Source: a virus
Lineage: Duplodnaviria; Caudoviricetes
Reading direction: 5' to 3' (one strand)
Virus record (IMG/VR): IMGVR_UViG_3300020044_004953
Span: 1-24,876 of that record
Length of the DNA: 24,876 bases
How positions within the stretch are numbered: position 1 is the stretch's first letter; each line of letters starts with the position of its first letter. The notes beneath the pieces were generated by a model. That model did not search any database and had not been told where the DNA came from. It was given only the letters and a program-made list of their open reading frames with translations. A program made the translations under genes and the position numbers. Below are positions 7,953-16,325 of the stretch, piece after piece.

Positions 7953-9208
7953 ATATTCGCGGCAACGCATCGCATTTGGAAAAGACCATCGGTCTTGCAA
8001 AAGGTCGTTTGATGGACTTAGGCAATGCGGCAAAGTTTGGCGTGACGGCATTGGCTGGACTAGGCGCAGCGGGGGCGGCTGGAATTGGGGCGCTTGTTAT
8101 TTCAAGCAGTAAAGCGGCGGCAGATATTGAGGATTTATCAATTCAGTTTGAGGTTTTAACTGGTAGCGCGGAAACCGCAGCGGATTTGCTTAAAACATTC
8201 CGCGAGGAAGAAAAGAAATCAGCGTTAAGCACGGAGGATTATGCGCGAGCCGCAAAAATGATGCTTGGCTTTGGGGTGACTCTTGAAGATGTTGTGCCAA
8301 CGCTGCGAATGGTGGGGGATTTGTCAATGGGCAATTCCGAACGATTTGCTGGATTAGCAAAAGCGTTTTCTGATACAACCGCCGCAGGTCGATTGATGGG
8401 ACAGGAGGTTTTGCAATTTATCAACGCAGGATTTAACCCTCTGCAACAAATATCGCAAGACACTGGCCGTTCAATGCGCGATCTTAAAAAAGACATGGAA
8501 AATGGAGAAATATCCATTGGAATGGTCAAGGATGCCTTCAAAAGCGCAACTAGCGAGGGGGGGCGTTTTTATCAAGCAATTGAAAAGGGGAGCGCGGGAA
8601 CTAACGCAAAACTAAATCAAACTACTGCCGCTGTCACACAATTACAAGTCGCGTTCGGAACGGGATTCAACGAAGGATTGAAAGACGCGCTCGATGCGAC
8701 AAACACTTTCTTGCCGCAACTAGAAAGCAAATTTGCCGAGGCTGGTCAAATCATCGGCGGGGCTATATCGGAAGCGGTGGAGGGCAATTCCGAACAACTC
8801 GCAGCGGTGGGCGCGTTTATGGGTGAAGTTGTTTTCAACGGCTTTAAGTCGTTCTACATGAAAGCCATGGATGAGCTTGTGGCGGGGGCGCAAAACGCTT
8901 TTGCTGTGGGGACCGAACAATTTAGGGCATTGGCAATCAAAGGAGAATTAATGGGGGCTGGAGAGGCTGCTGGCAACGTGGTCAGAAAAGGCAATGTAAG
9001 CGAGTCAGCATCTATGGCGAGCTACATCCAAACAGCATTAGATGAATCAGCAAGCAGCGGAACTTTGAAAGCTCTGCGCGATGCAAATGCGCAAAAGCAA
9101 TCAGCAATCGAAGAAGCCAAGCTGAAACAAGCAACTAAAGAAGGTGTAAAAGAGGGCATGAAAGAAGTCTGGTATTCACTCGGAACGGGCGCGAAATTCT
9201 CAAATTAA
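7937..9208 (+). CDS. Tape measure protein (short, 423 aa)
   Basis: Helical and Ala/Gly-rich, with FEVLTGS, GRLMGQEVLQFINAGFNPL and ATSEGGRFY motifs of the tape-measure domain. It follows G/T. Confidence 0.9.
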   Translation: MAFTVDIRGNASHLEKTIGLAKGRLMDLGNAAKFGVTALAGLGAAGAAGIGALVISSSKAAADIEDLSIQFEVLTGSAETAADLLKTFREEEKKSALSTEDYARAAKMMLGFGVTLEDVVPTLRMVGDLSMGNSERFAGLAKAFSDTTAAGRLMGQEVLQFINAGFNPLQQISQDTGRSMRDLKKDMENGEISIGMVKDAFKSATSEGGRFYQAIEKGSAGTNAKLNQTTAAVTQLQVAFGTGFNEGLKDALDATNTFLPQLESKFAEAGQIIGGAISEAVEGNSEQLAAVGAFMGEVVFNGFKSFYMKAMDELVAGAQNAFAVGTEQFRALAIKGELMGAGEAAGNVVRKGNVSESASMASYIQTALDESASSGTLKALRDANAQKQSAIEEAKLKQATKEGVKEGMKEVWYSLGTGAKFSN

Positions 9209-9213
9209 AAACC

Positions 9214-10029
9214 ATGGCAGCAACAATTCACGGATTCCAAACAAACGAGCTAAAGCCGCAACCTGGCTTGCAAATTCGCCGCACGGAGAACGGCGGGTGG
9301 GAAGCATCGCACGAAATCTACATCAAGTCAGATGATTTCCTAACCGCGTCGGCATCGTTTGCAAAAGGCGAATTGCTATCAGGACTAGACACAAACATTC
9401 CTGAGCCATTTAACAACTTTCTACGAATTGACACAATCGGCTTTTCACGCGTTGAAGGTGATTTGATTGTTTTCAATGTCACCGCGACAGGCAGCGGCAC
9501 GGGGCAGTTTGATTCCGATGGGCTTGGAGAAGATGCGATTCCCACTTACGACTTGCAAGGGCAACTGGTCGATTCGCCATTCGCGCAACATCGCAAATGG
9601 TCAGCGTTACCAGAGTCGGACAAACGCTTACTTGGATCAATGCTTGCCGAGGTGATCTTTTTTGATAACGAAGATCAACGACTCTTTTCATTCTTGGAAG
9701 ATGGGACGCGCCAATATCTAGATGAAGAATTCACGGAGGCAAACGCGATACAATTTGCAATCCGTATTATGCGTGGTGAAACCACTTACGACAAGGCGGT
9801 TTATACATGGACGGAAACGACTGAGGGCGATGAGCAATTAACACCGCAGCAACTAAATGCGCTAGGGCTTATCACAACCCCACGCGGCGACCCGCCAGAG
9901 CCAACAGGGACGCGCACTTGGCGACTGACTGGAGCATCGCAATCACAAGCGGGACAGCTTTACAGAACAAATTTAACTTGGACGCTGTCAGACGATGGTG
10001 GCGATGACACTTTCTTATATGAAGATTAG
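9214..10029 (+). CDS. Putative tail tip / distal tail protein
   Basis: 271 aa acidic ORF directly after the tape measure gene. Function from synteny. Confidence 0.55.
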   Translation: MAATIHGFQTNELKPQPGLQIRRTENGGWEASHEIYIKSDDFLTASASFAKGELLSGLDTNIPEPFNNFLRIDTIGFSRVEGDLIVFNVTATGSGTGQFDSDGLGEDAIPTYDLQGQLVDSPFAQHRKWSALPESDKRLLGSMLAEVIFFDNEDQRLFSFLEDGTRQYLDEEFTEANAIQFAIRIMRGETTYDKAVYTWTETTEGDEQLTPQQLNALGLITTPRGDPPEPTGTRTWRLTGASQSQAGQLYRTNLTWTLSDDGGDDTFLYED

Positions 10030-10936
10030 AAATGGAAACACACCGATTCCGCTGCCTGACGTTGTAAAAAACGGCGACCCGATTTCCGCAAAATGGGCAA
10101 ACGGAATTCGTCTTGCATTGCAACGCTTGCGTGATAGAACGCCGATTGTAACAGGCAACGGCAAGATCAACGGTAAGATCAAGCCGCCTTTATGGATTAC
10201 GCTACAACAAGTAGCGGGAAGCACTATCACATGGCAAGTCTACGCGGAATATGGTCACATCGTCCCGCGTGATAACACTAGTTCAGACACGGGCGAGCCG
10301 ATTATCATCACGGGGTTGCCAACAAAAACCACGCCTTTATCAGTGTCCGAGGATACTAAATTATGGGTAAAGATGACAATTTCCGCAGAGGGCAAATGCA
10401 CGGACGCAGAATTTGAATCAGGCAGCGCATGGCAAGACGATTCCGCGCCACAGCTAAAAGGCGGCGATGAGGCGACAGGGACAGCGGGGGAAAGATATGT
10501 TCGCATCGCTGAAATTATCGCCGACCCTGACAGCACAGCAACGCCGCCTAATCTTATTTCTAGCCAACTGCACACGGGGCATATTGATCATTTCCAAAAC
10601 GAACTAGTCGAAAACGTCGATGCCACAGGCGCACGCGTTTTGAAGCAATTCGATCTTGCAACAGGTCAGTGGATGGTGCGAACCATAACGGGCGGCACTA
10701 ACACAACCGTCACGGAAAACGCCGGCAACATCGAAGTTGGTCAAACACCTGATTCGGGATGGTGGGGTGAAATTACATTTGATTTTGTCCAAAGCGGAAC
10801 AGGAATTTCGAGTAACACGCTTGTTCAAACTTTTGAAAACGGGATTTTGAAAAGCGTTACGGCTACTGCGTCGCAAACTGGAACTGGCACAGAGGCAGAC
10901 CCAGGAGTTTCGTATTTCGTAGCGGAAAACACCTAA
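10019..10936 (+). CDS. Putative tail tip / minor tail protein
   Basis: About 305 aa, start MKIRNG overlapping the previous stop, N-terminal GDPISAKWAN, Thr/Gly-rich. Confidence 0.6.
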   Translation: MKIRNGNTPIPLPDVVKNGDPISAKWANGIRLALQRLRDRTPIVTGNGKINGKIKPPLWITLQQVAGSTITWQVYAEYGHIVPRDNTSSDTGEPIIITGLPTKTTPLSVSEDTKLWVKMTISAEGKCTDAEFESGSAWQDDSAPQLKGGDEATGTAGERYVRIAEIIADPDSTATPPNLISSQLHTGHIDHFQNELVENVDATGARVLKQFDLATGQWMVRTITGGTNTTVTENAGNIEVGQTPDSGWWGEITFDFVQSGTGISSNTLVQTFENGILKSVTATASQTGTGTEADPGVSYFVAENT

Positions 10937-10940
10937 GAAA

Positions 10941-10948
10941 TTGACACC
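10941..10948 (+). promoter_or_regulatory. TTGACACC motif copy 5, 11 nt upstream of ATG 10960
   Basis: Recurrent motif 4 nt after the preceding stop codon. Confidence 0.7.
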
Positions 10949-10959
10949 GCACAAAGGAT

Positions 10960-11322
10960 ATGGCTAATGAAATCACTCAAAACATCACGCTTTCAGTCAC
11001 GAAAAACGGAGTGACTTCGAGCCTTGTCTCAAACAAGCGCGTCACCATGACAGGCGACGACTTTACTAATCAGACGCAGCTTATCGGCACGACTGCCGAG
11101 CTTGTGGATTTGGGTGACATTACGGGCGCGCCAGGGAATCTAGTCATTAAAAACCTAGACACAACCAACTATGTCGAACTTGGCGGCGATTCTGGTCTGA
11201 CTGTTTTTAAGCTAAAGATCAACGCTGGCGAAGCATCGCTTGTGACACTTTCCAGCGCGACACTTTACGCAAAAGCAAATACCGCCGACGTTCGCATTTG
11301 TATTCTTGCCGTCGAAGTCTAA
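10960..11322 (+). CDS. Virion structural protein (beta-sandwich-like)
   Basis: 120 aa, MANEIT start, LVIKNLDTTNYVELG motif, within the tail module. Confidence 0.6.
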   Translation: MANEITQNITLSVTKNGVTSSLVSNKRVTMTGDDFTNQTQLIGTTAELVDLGDITGAPGNLVIKNLDTTNYVELGGDSGLTVFKLKINAGEASLVTLSSATLYAKANTADVRICILAVEV

Positions 11323-11336
11323 AACGAAATCCACGC

Positions 11337-11681
11337 ATGACAGCGACTTATAATGTAGTGCTAGAGCGTGACACGGATTTTTCGGAGTCATTCACGTTTT
11401 ACACTGATACTTGCCGAACTACTACGCTTGATGTTAGCGACTACACGTTTCGGGCGCAGATTCGCGCAACCGATACAAGCACGACTGTCATTGCTCTTTT
11501 CACGATCGACACGGCAAACGCAGCAACTGGCAATATCGTTTTAAGGTTGACCGCCGCTGAAACTCTCGCGCTAACCGCTGGCAGCTACTTTTGGGACTTG
11601 CGATGTGTTGACGCAAGTGGCGTTGTATCGCGCTGGATTAGTGGCACGGCAAAAGTCGCGGGGACTATTACTAGGGCTTAA
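11337..11681 (+). CDS. Tail fibre adaptor / BppU-N-like beta-sandwich protein
   Basis: DVSDYTFRAQIR...GNIVLRLTAAETLAL...YFWDL pattern, directly upstream of the fibre gene. Confidence 0.65.
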   Translation: MTATYNVVLERDTDFSESFTFYTDTCRTTTLDVSDYTFRAQIRATDTSTTVIALFTIDTANAATGNIVLRLTAAETLALTAGSYFWDLRCVDASGVVSRWISGTAKVAGTITRA

Positions 11682-11683
11682 TT

Positions 11684-13744
11684 ATGGCAGACACTGTAAA
11701 TATCTACGTCGAAAGAGAAACGCCTATACGGGCGATCACGGTTGCACCGCAAGGAGTCGCGGGAGCTACTGGCGCAACTGGCGCAACTGGCCCACAAGGC
11801 GAACCAGGAGCAGGCGCAGAAGCCGAAGTAAAATCATCCTCATTCACCGCAGCTAACGACCAGCTATACAACGCCGTCGCAACCCTAACCGTAACCGACC
11901 CGTCACCAACAGAGGGCAAAGGCTATGTCGTATTCGTTCGCAACGGAACAACTACAATCGGCGCAGACACATTCTCACGCGCTGGAACTCGAGTCGAGCG
12001 CATTTTCCACAGCGGGGCTTGGGCTAGCTACCCGACGTATTCACCAGTTACAAGCGCGGATGTATCAGACGCAACCAGCGCAGCAACGGCAAACATGATC
12101 GTAAAGCGCGATGCAAGCGCAGGAGCAGCATTTGCGGCGATTACAGGAACAACGATGATTGCATCGAGCTTTGTTCGTGGGTCAACACTTAGAGCAACGC
12201 CCGACGGCGGCACGACGCAAGCTAGCATCAGCCCGATCAACGTCACGGCTACAACAAGCTATTTTTTGCCAAACACATCAGGCAGCAACGTGACGCTTGC
12301 TCGCACGGCATCGACTGATGGCATCCCCGACGCACTAACCAACGGCACGATTAGCGGAACAGTGGCATTCGGCACAGGCGCAGCCGCAAACATGCGAACC
12401 GCTCTTTTCACAGCCACAGGCGTAGCAACCGCGCTAAACGTCAACGTCGGCACAGCAGGATCATTTGTAGTCAACGGTGGTGCATTAGGAACGCCTAGCA
12501 GTGGAACGCTTACAAACGCAACAGGCTTACCCCTTACAACAGGCGTAACAGGAACGCTAGCAGTAGCTAACGGTGGCACAGGCACGACAAACGGCAGCAT
12601 CACAGGAACAGGCGCGTTGACATTTACCAGCGCGACGGCAAGCAATATAAACCTGACTTGCGGCACAACAGGTCAAATAGTTGTCGCATCAGCAAACACA
12701 AGCGCAACGCTAGACATCACAAACACGGCTGGTGGGGCGGGCGCGATTACAACCACATACGGACAAGCCAGCGCGGTGGTATGTCGCAGAGCTAACGGCA
12801 CAGTCGCTTCGCCAACAACGCTACAAGCAAACGAGCTAATCGGTGCAACGTTGGCGCGGGGGCATAACGGGACAGCATTTACCACATCGTCAAACGGCGG
12901 CGTTTATATCTACGCTGGCGAGACATGGACAACTGGCGCAAACGGCACTTACGTTACGATTGAAACCACGGCGAACGCTGGAACAAGTCGCACGGAAAAG
13001 ATGCGAATCCATGGAAGCGGCGGCGTTTCGATTGGCGCGACGACAGACCCAGGGGCGGGGAATTTACTTCTTAGCGGATCATTAACCGCAAGCACACATA
13101 CAAGTAATACCTCCCTCACATTAAGCAGCGCGGCGGCTAGCAATATCAACCTAACCCCAGGAACAACGGGTTTTATCGACATCGCCAAAACCTCCGCAGC
13201 TAGCACGCGCGAATCTATTCTCCGCGCAAAAGTCTCAGACAGCAGTGACGACGCTTTCCATATTTACAATGCCACAAGTGTTGATGGGTCTTTTGCTCCT
13301 GGCTTTTCAATGTCGCGTTTTAGTTCTGCACTATTCTGTGGGTCTTTTGTAGGGCAGACCACAGCAGCGAATGACACAGGGTCTGCTCCAATGCTGCTTT
13401 TTTCAATTCGCCGCACATCATCAACAACTGACCCCAACAATGGCACACTTACGGCAATTGTAACAAGACCACATTGTGCATGGGAAAATGCAGGGACAAA
13501 TGTTGCGATAATGTCATGCGCTGGTGGTTTATCACTTGGAACAACTACGGACGCTGGGGCTGGCAATCTACTAGCAAACGGGACACTCACAGCAAACGGC
13601 AACCAAATCCGCATTGCCACAGCTAGAACGCCAGCGAGTGCAACGGCAACGGGAACGCAAGGCTCTATTTGTTGGGATGCTGACTATATCTACGTTTGCA
13701 CGGCGACAAACACTTGGAAGCGAACTGCAATTTCAACATGGTAA
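11684..13744 (+). CDS. Tail fibre / receptor-binding protein
   Basis: 686 aa, Thr/Ala/Gly-rich, with an N-terminal collagen-like Gly-X-Y run, a GTLAVANGGTG fibre motif and C-terminal GSICWDADYIYVCTATNTWKR. Confidence 0.85.
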   Translation: MADTVNIYVERETPIRAITVAPQGVAGATGATGATGPQGEPGAGAEAEVKSSSFTAANDQLYNAVATLTVTDPSPTEGKGYVVFVRNGTTTIGADTFSRAGTRVERIFHSGAWASYPTYSPVTSADVSDATSAATANMIVKRDASAGAAFAAITGTTMIASSFVRGSTLRATPDGGTTQASISPINVTATTSYFLPNTSGSNVTLARTASTDGIPDALTNGTISGTVAFGTGAAANMRTALFTATGVATALNVNVGTAGSFVVNGGALGTPSSGTLTNATGLPLTTGVTGTLAVANGGTGTTNGSITGTGALTFTSATASNINLTCGTTGQIVVASANTSATLDITNTAGGAGAITTTYGQASAVVCRRANGTVASPTTLQANELIGATLARGHNGTAFTTSSNGGVYIYAGETWTTGANGTYVTIETTANAGTSRTEKMRIHGSGGVSIGATTDPGAGNLLLSGSLTASTHTSNTSLTLSSAAASNINLTPGTTGFIDIAKTSAASTRESILRAKVSDSSDDAFHIYNATSVDGSFAPGFSMSRFSSALFCGSFVGQTTAANDTGSAPMLLFSIRRTSSTTDPNNGTLTAIVTRPHCAWENAGTNVAIMSCAGGLSLGTTTDAGAGNLLANGTLTANGNQIRIATARTPASATATGTQGSICWDADYIYVCTATNTWKRTAISTW
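11753..11815 (+). repeat. Collagen-like Gly-X-Y repeat (GVA GAT GAT GAT GPQ GEP GAG)
   Basis: Tandem ACTGGCGCA units within the fibre gene. Confidence 0.8.
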
Positions 13745-13748
13745 TCTT

Positions 13749-14105
13749 ATGCTAGAACAACGATCAGAACTAGAAAAAGGGATCATCGCAAAAGACGCGA
13801 TTGTAATTGAGTCGCTACGAGTGGCGCATGTTTTAGCGCAGACGATGACAAGTGGGCGCGAACAGCTTTACGCGATTCCGAATATCATCGACGTTCTCAA
13901 TCACAATGTAGCGGCATCACTTGCCATGCTTAATGGGAACGGCGAAGTTGGCGCGTTAATCAATGCAAATTTGGACGCTGTCAATTTGCCGCAATTCCCC
14001 TGCCGAGTGCCACTAACCATGCCTGATGGCTACACTTTCGACGGAACGGTTTTTTCTTACACCGCGCCCGTGTCGCCCGAACCTGAAACAGATCAAGAGC
14101 CATAA
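13749..14105 (+). CDS. Hypothetical protein, possible tail fibre assembly chaperone
   Basis: ATG 4 nt after the fibre stop, with a C-terminal GYTFDGTVFSYTAP motif. Confidence 0.55.
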   Translation: MLEQRSELEKGIIAKDAIVIESLRVAHVLAQTMTSGREQLYAIPNIIDVLNHNVAASLAMLNGNGEVGALINANLDAVNLPQFPCRVPLTMPDGYTFDGTVFSYTAPVSPEPETDQEP

Positions 14106-14108
14106 ACA

Positions 14109-14306
14109 ATGCACTTTGACATGCAAGAACACCACAGCGCGGCATATAACATTGTGAACGGAATCATCGGCGTTGTCGCATCGTCGCTTGGAGTTATTAC
14201 GCAGTTTCAAGAACAACTAGATTGGGTGCTGAAAACAACGTCAACGATTCTCCTTATCTGCGTCTCCATGGTCACACTTTGTAACCTTTTGAAGAAAAAG
14301 AAATGA
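14109..14306 (+). CDS. Holin-like membrane protein
   Basis: 65 aa, two hydrophobic segments and a basic KKKK C-terminus. Confidence 0.6.
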   Translation: MHFDMQEHHSAAYNIVNGIIGVVASSLGVITQFQEQLDWVLKTTSTILLICVSMVTLCNLLKKKK

Positions 14307-14503
14307 ACCAGAAACAATCAACAACGCGCCTGACGCTGTATGTCCTTATTGCCATGGTAACAAGCGCATCAGGCGGCTTGCAAGCAGTTGATTTCGACAA
14401 CTGGAAAGAAGTCGCTAGTTACACGCTGGGAATCATCGCAACAGGGCTTGTGACCGCTCGCAGTTACATTGACCAAACGCCAAGCAGGATTGACACGCCA
14501 TGA
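14303..14503 (+). CDS. Second holin-like membrane protein
   Basis: 66 aa, two hydrophobic segments, ATGA-coupled. Confidence 0.55.
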   Translation: MNQKQSTTRLTLYVLIAMVTSASGGLQAVDFDNWKEVASYTLGIIATGLVTARSYIDQTPSRIDTP

Positions 14504-14685
14504 AACTTTTTGAACAAATCGAACGCCATATGCAGCAGCATTTCATGAAATCAAAACCATGGAAAAACGCTAGCAGATCGTGTAAATTTGTTAAAAAATT
14601 ACAACACAGAATCAATCGACGCGCTGCAAAGGTTGATCCTGAGTGCGTGCCGACGTATCGCAAATACCAAGGATGGGAATACTAA
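14500..14685 (+). CDS. Hypothetical basic protein
   Basis: 61 aa with an ATGA-coupled start. Confidence 0.55.
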   Translation: MKLFEQIERHMQQHFMKSKPWKNASRSCKFVKKLQHRINRRAAKVDPECVPTYRKYQGWEY

Positions 14686-14687
14686 CC

Positions 14688-15119
14688 ATGAAAGCGCAAC
14701 TCTTAAACCGTCCAACACTTCACACGGATTTCGACAAGAAGTGGTTATACATGACGACAAATCCCGTCTCATGGATGATCGAAGGCGTGAACATTCCCGA
14801 CTGCAATATCTATTCGCGGGAAGTCTTTCTTGGCTACTATCGCGGCGGCAAGTTGACCATTCGCAAGGGGTATGCGTTTGACGGCATGACAAACTACCCC
14901 GACACCGCGCAAAACCTCGCTGATGCGCTCTTGCACGACTTCCTTTACCAGACGGCACTCGTCACACGCAAGCAAGCCGACCAACTACTAAAGGCTAGCA
15001 TGTTGCACAATAAAACGCCGAATCGCCATGTTGTCTATTTCGCCGTTCGCGCGTTTGGCTGGATTCATTTCGGGGAAGAAAAAACAATCAGAATAATCAA
15101 AACAGATTCAATACCATGA
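14688..15119 (+). CDS. DUF1353-like protein
   Basis: IRKGYAFDGMT...ALLHDFLY...RKQADQL...YFAVRAFG matches the family pattern. Confidence 0.75.
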   Translation: MKAQLLNRPTLHTDFDKKWLYMTTNPVSWMIEGVNIPDCNIYSREVFLGYYRGGKLTIRKGYAFDGMTNYPDTAQNLADALLHDFLYQTALVTRKQADQLLKASMLHNKTPNRHVVYFAVRAFGWIHFGEEKTIRIIKTDSIP

Positions 15120-15289
15120 GTTCAGCAACCATCAAATGCTCTATAGGTTACAGAGTTTTGCCTAATTATGGATTGTATGCGTATTCCATGATGACAACCG
15201 AATATCCGCAAAGATCACTTGGGCGCGGTCACAAGAAGTTGACAAATGCGCAAAAACTGACCATAAAACAAAAACGGCCTAAACTTTAA
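15116..15289 (+). CDS. Hypothetical 57-aa protein (not in the ORF track)
   Basis: ATGA-coupled, MSSATIKCSIG...KQKRPKL, fills the gap before the lipoprotein gene. Confidence 0.45.
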   Translation: MSSATIKCSIGYRVLPNYGLYAYSMMTTEYPQRSLGRGHKKLTNAQKLTIKQKRPKL

Positions 15290-15292
15290 ATT

Positions 15293-15460
15293 ATGAAACC
15301 GTTCGACAAAATAATGATTTTCTTGCTTGCAATTATTGTTTCAGCAATTATCCTAACGCTTAACTCGTGCCAGTTACGAGTTGACGCAGACGGCTCTCGC
15401 ACTTGGTCGATGGACTTAGAGCAAGCGCAAAGGGCGATTGAAATTTACGCTGAGAAATAA
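15293..15460 (+). CDS. Small lipoprotein, 55 aa (spanin candidate; not in the ORF track)
   Basis: MKPFDK, a hydrophobic stretch and lipobox LNSC (Cys26). TAATG overlap with the next gene. Confidence 0.7.
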   Translation: MKPFDKIMIFLLAIIVSAIILTLNSCQLRVDADGSRTWSMDLEQAQRAIEIYAEK

Positions 15461-16008
15461 TGAGCATTATCCCGAAATCAACACCGCAAGCAAAACGCGC
15501 TGATATTGAAAAGCTGATTCCGCAAGAAATCCGCGAACAATACAAAGCCGTGCTAGTGGGAATCCGTGGCTACTATCGTGATACGATGGGCGCGGCGGGA
15601 AAGAATGACAGAGGGATTTATGATGACGCAATTTTCATCGTCGCGCCTGATTGCTTTGTTGCTTACAACGCAAACACTGACCCTAGCGCGTGGAAGAAAA
15701 ACGTCAGCAGTCTAAAACTTGGAACGCATCTTTACCGCAAGGGCAAGCATAAGATCGCATCGCCTAATGGATACGCGGCATTTCGACCAGCAACGAAAGA
15801 TGAGGGGTTGCCTGTCACGCGTGATGGCGTGGGGGGTTCAATCGGATACGCAATCAACATCCATCGTGGCGGCGTTAACGGCACAAGCTCGCTAGGTTGC
15901 CAAACAATACCGCCAGATCAGTGGCAGAGCTTCAAAACAACGGCTTATCTGCAAATGGATAAGCACGGGCAAAGCGTGATTCCTTACGTTCTATGCGCTA
16001 ACGCATAA
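15460..16008 (+). CDS. Putative endolysin with L,D-transpeptidase (YkuD-like) catalytic motif
   Basis: INIHRGG-x4-SSLGCQTI fits the HxG...SxGC motif. Located in the lysis cluster. Confidence 0.7.
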   Translation: MSIIPKSTPQAKRADIEKLIPQEIREQYKAVLVGIRGYYRDTMGAAGKNDRGIYDDAIFIVAPDCFVAYNANTDPSAWKKNVSSLKLGTHLYRKGKHKIASPNGYAAFRPATKDEGLPVTRDGVGGSIGYAINIHRGGVNGTSSLGCQTIPPDQWQSFKTTAYLQMDKHGQSVIPYVLCANA

Positions 16009-16019
16009 CCAAAAACAGC

Positions 16020-16325
16020 ATGAAGAAAATTCCAACGCATTGTTACATCGGGGGAATAAAGTTTCGGATCATCGTCGCCCCGATAGATGGCGGGGATTTT
16101 GGGCGCATGCAGTTTGACGAGAAAAAGATTCTAATCAATACGATTTGCCTTGCAAAAGCATCGCTTTTAAGAGAAACGCTGAGACATGAAATGCTTCATG
16201 CGGCGTTGTCAGTCTCAGGCGTTGCCTTTATGGAGCGTTATGACGAGGAAGCAATCGTTCGCGCAATGGATCATATCTTTTTCCCAAGCTGGGAGTTAAT
16301 GCACGCCAAACTAATGAGCCTATGA
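16020..16325 (+). CDS. HExxH zinc metallopeptidase-like protein
   Basis: TLRHEMLHA motif followed by a downstream EE. Confidence 0.7.
   Translation: MKKIPTHCYIGGIKFRIIVAPIDGGDFGRMQFDEKKILINTICLAKASLLRETLRHEMLHAALSVSGVAFMERYDEEAIVRAMDHIFFPSWELMHAKLMSL

Noticed and set aside
11704-13620. Several minus-strand ORFs opposite the tail fibre, and similar ones opposite the capsid, scaffold and RecT genes
   Set aside because: These are shadow ORFs caused by Thr/Ala/Gly codon bias on the + strand. They have no motifs or expression signals.
11684-13744. Tail fibre as target of a diversity-generating retroelement or invertible cassette
   Set aside because: No reverse transcriptase or invertase is in the window, and I saw no near-identical template/variable repeat pair differing at adenines.
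14490-14497. TTGACACG just before ATG 14500
   Set aside because: One mismatch, only 2 nt from the ATG and inside a coding region.
14588-14881. Overlapping alternative-frame ORF as an embedded o-spanin
   Set aside because: It has no signal peptide or lipobox and overlaps two better-supported genes.
15239-15267. Possible sigma70 promoter TTGACA-N17-CATAAA before the lipoprotein and endolysin genes
   Set aside because: The -10 box lacks both conserved T residues and lies inside a plausible small ORF. Too weak to call.
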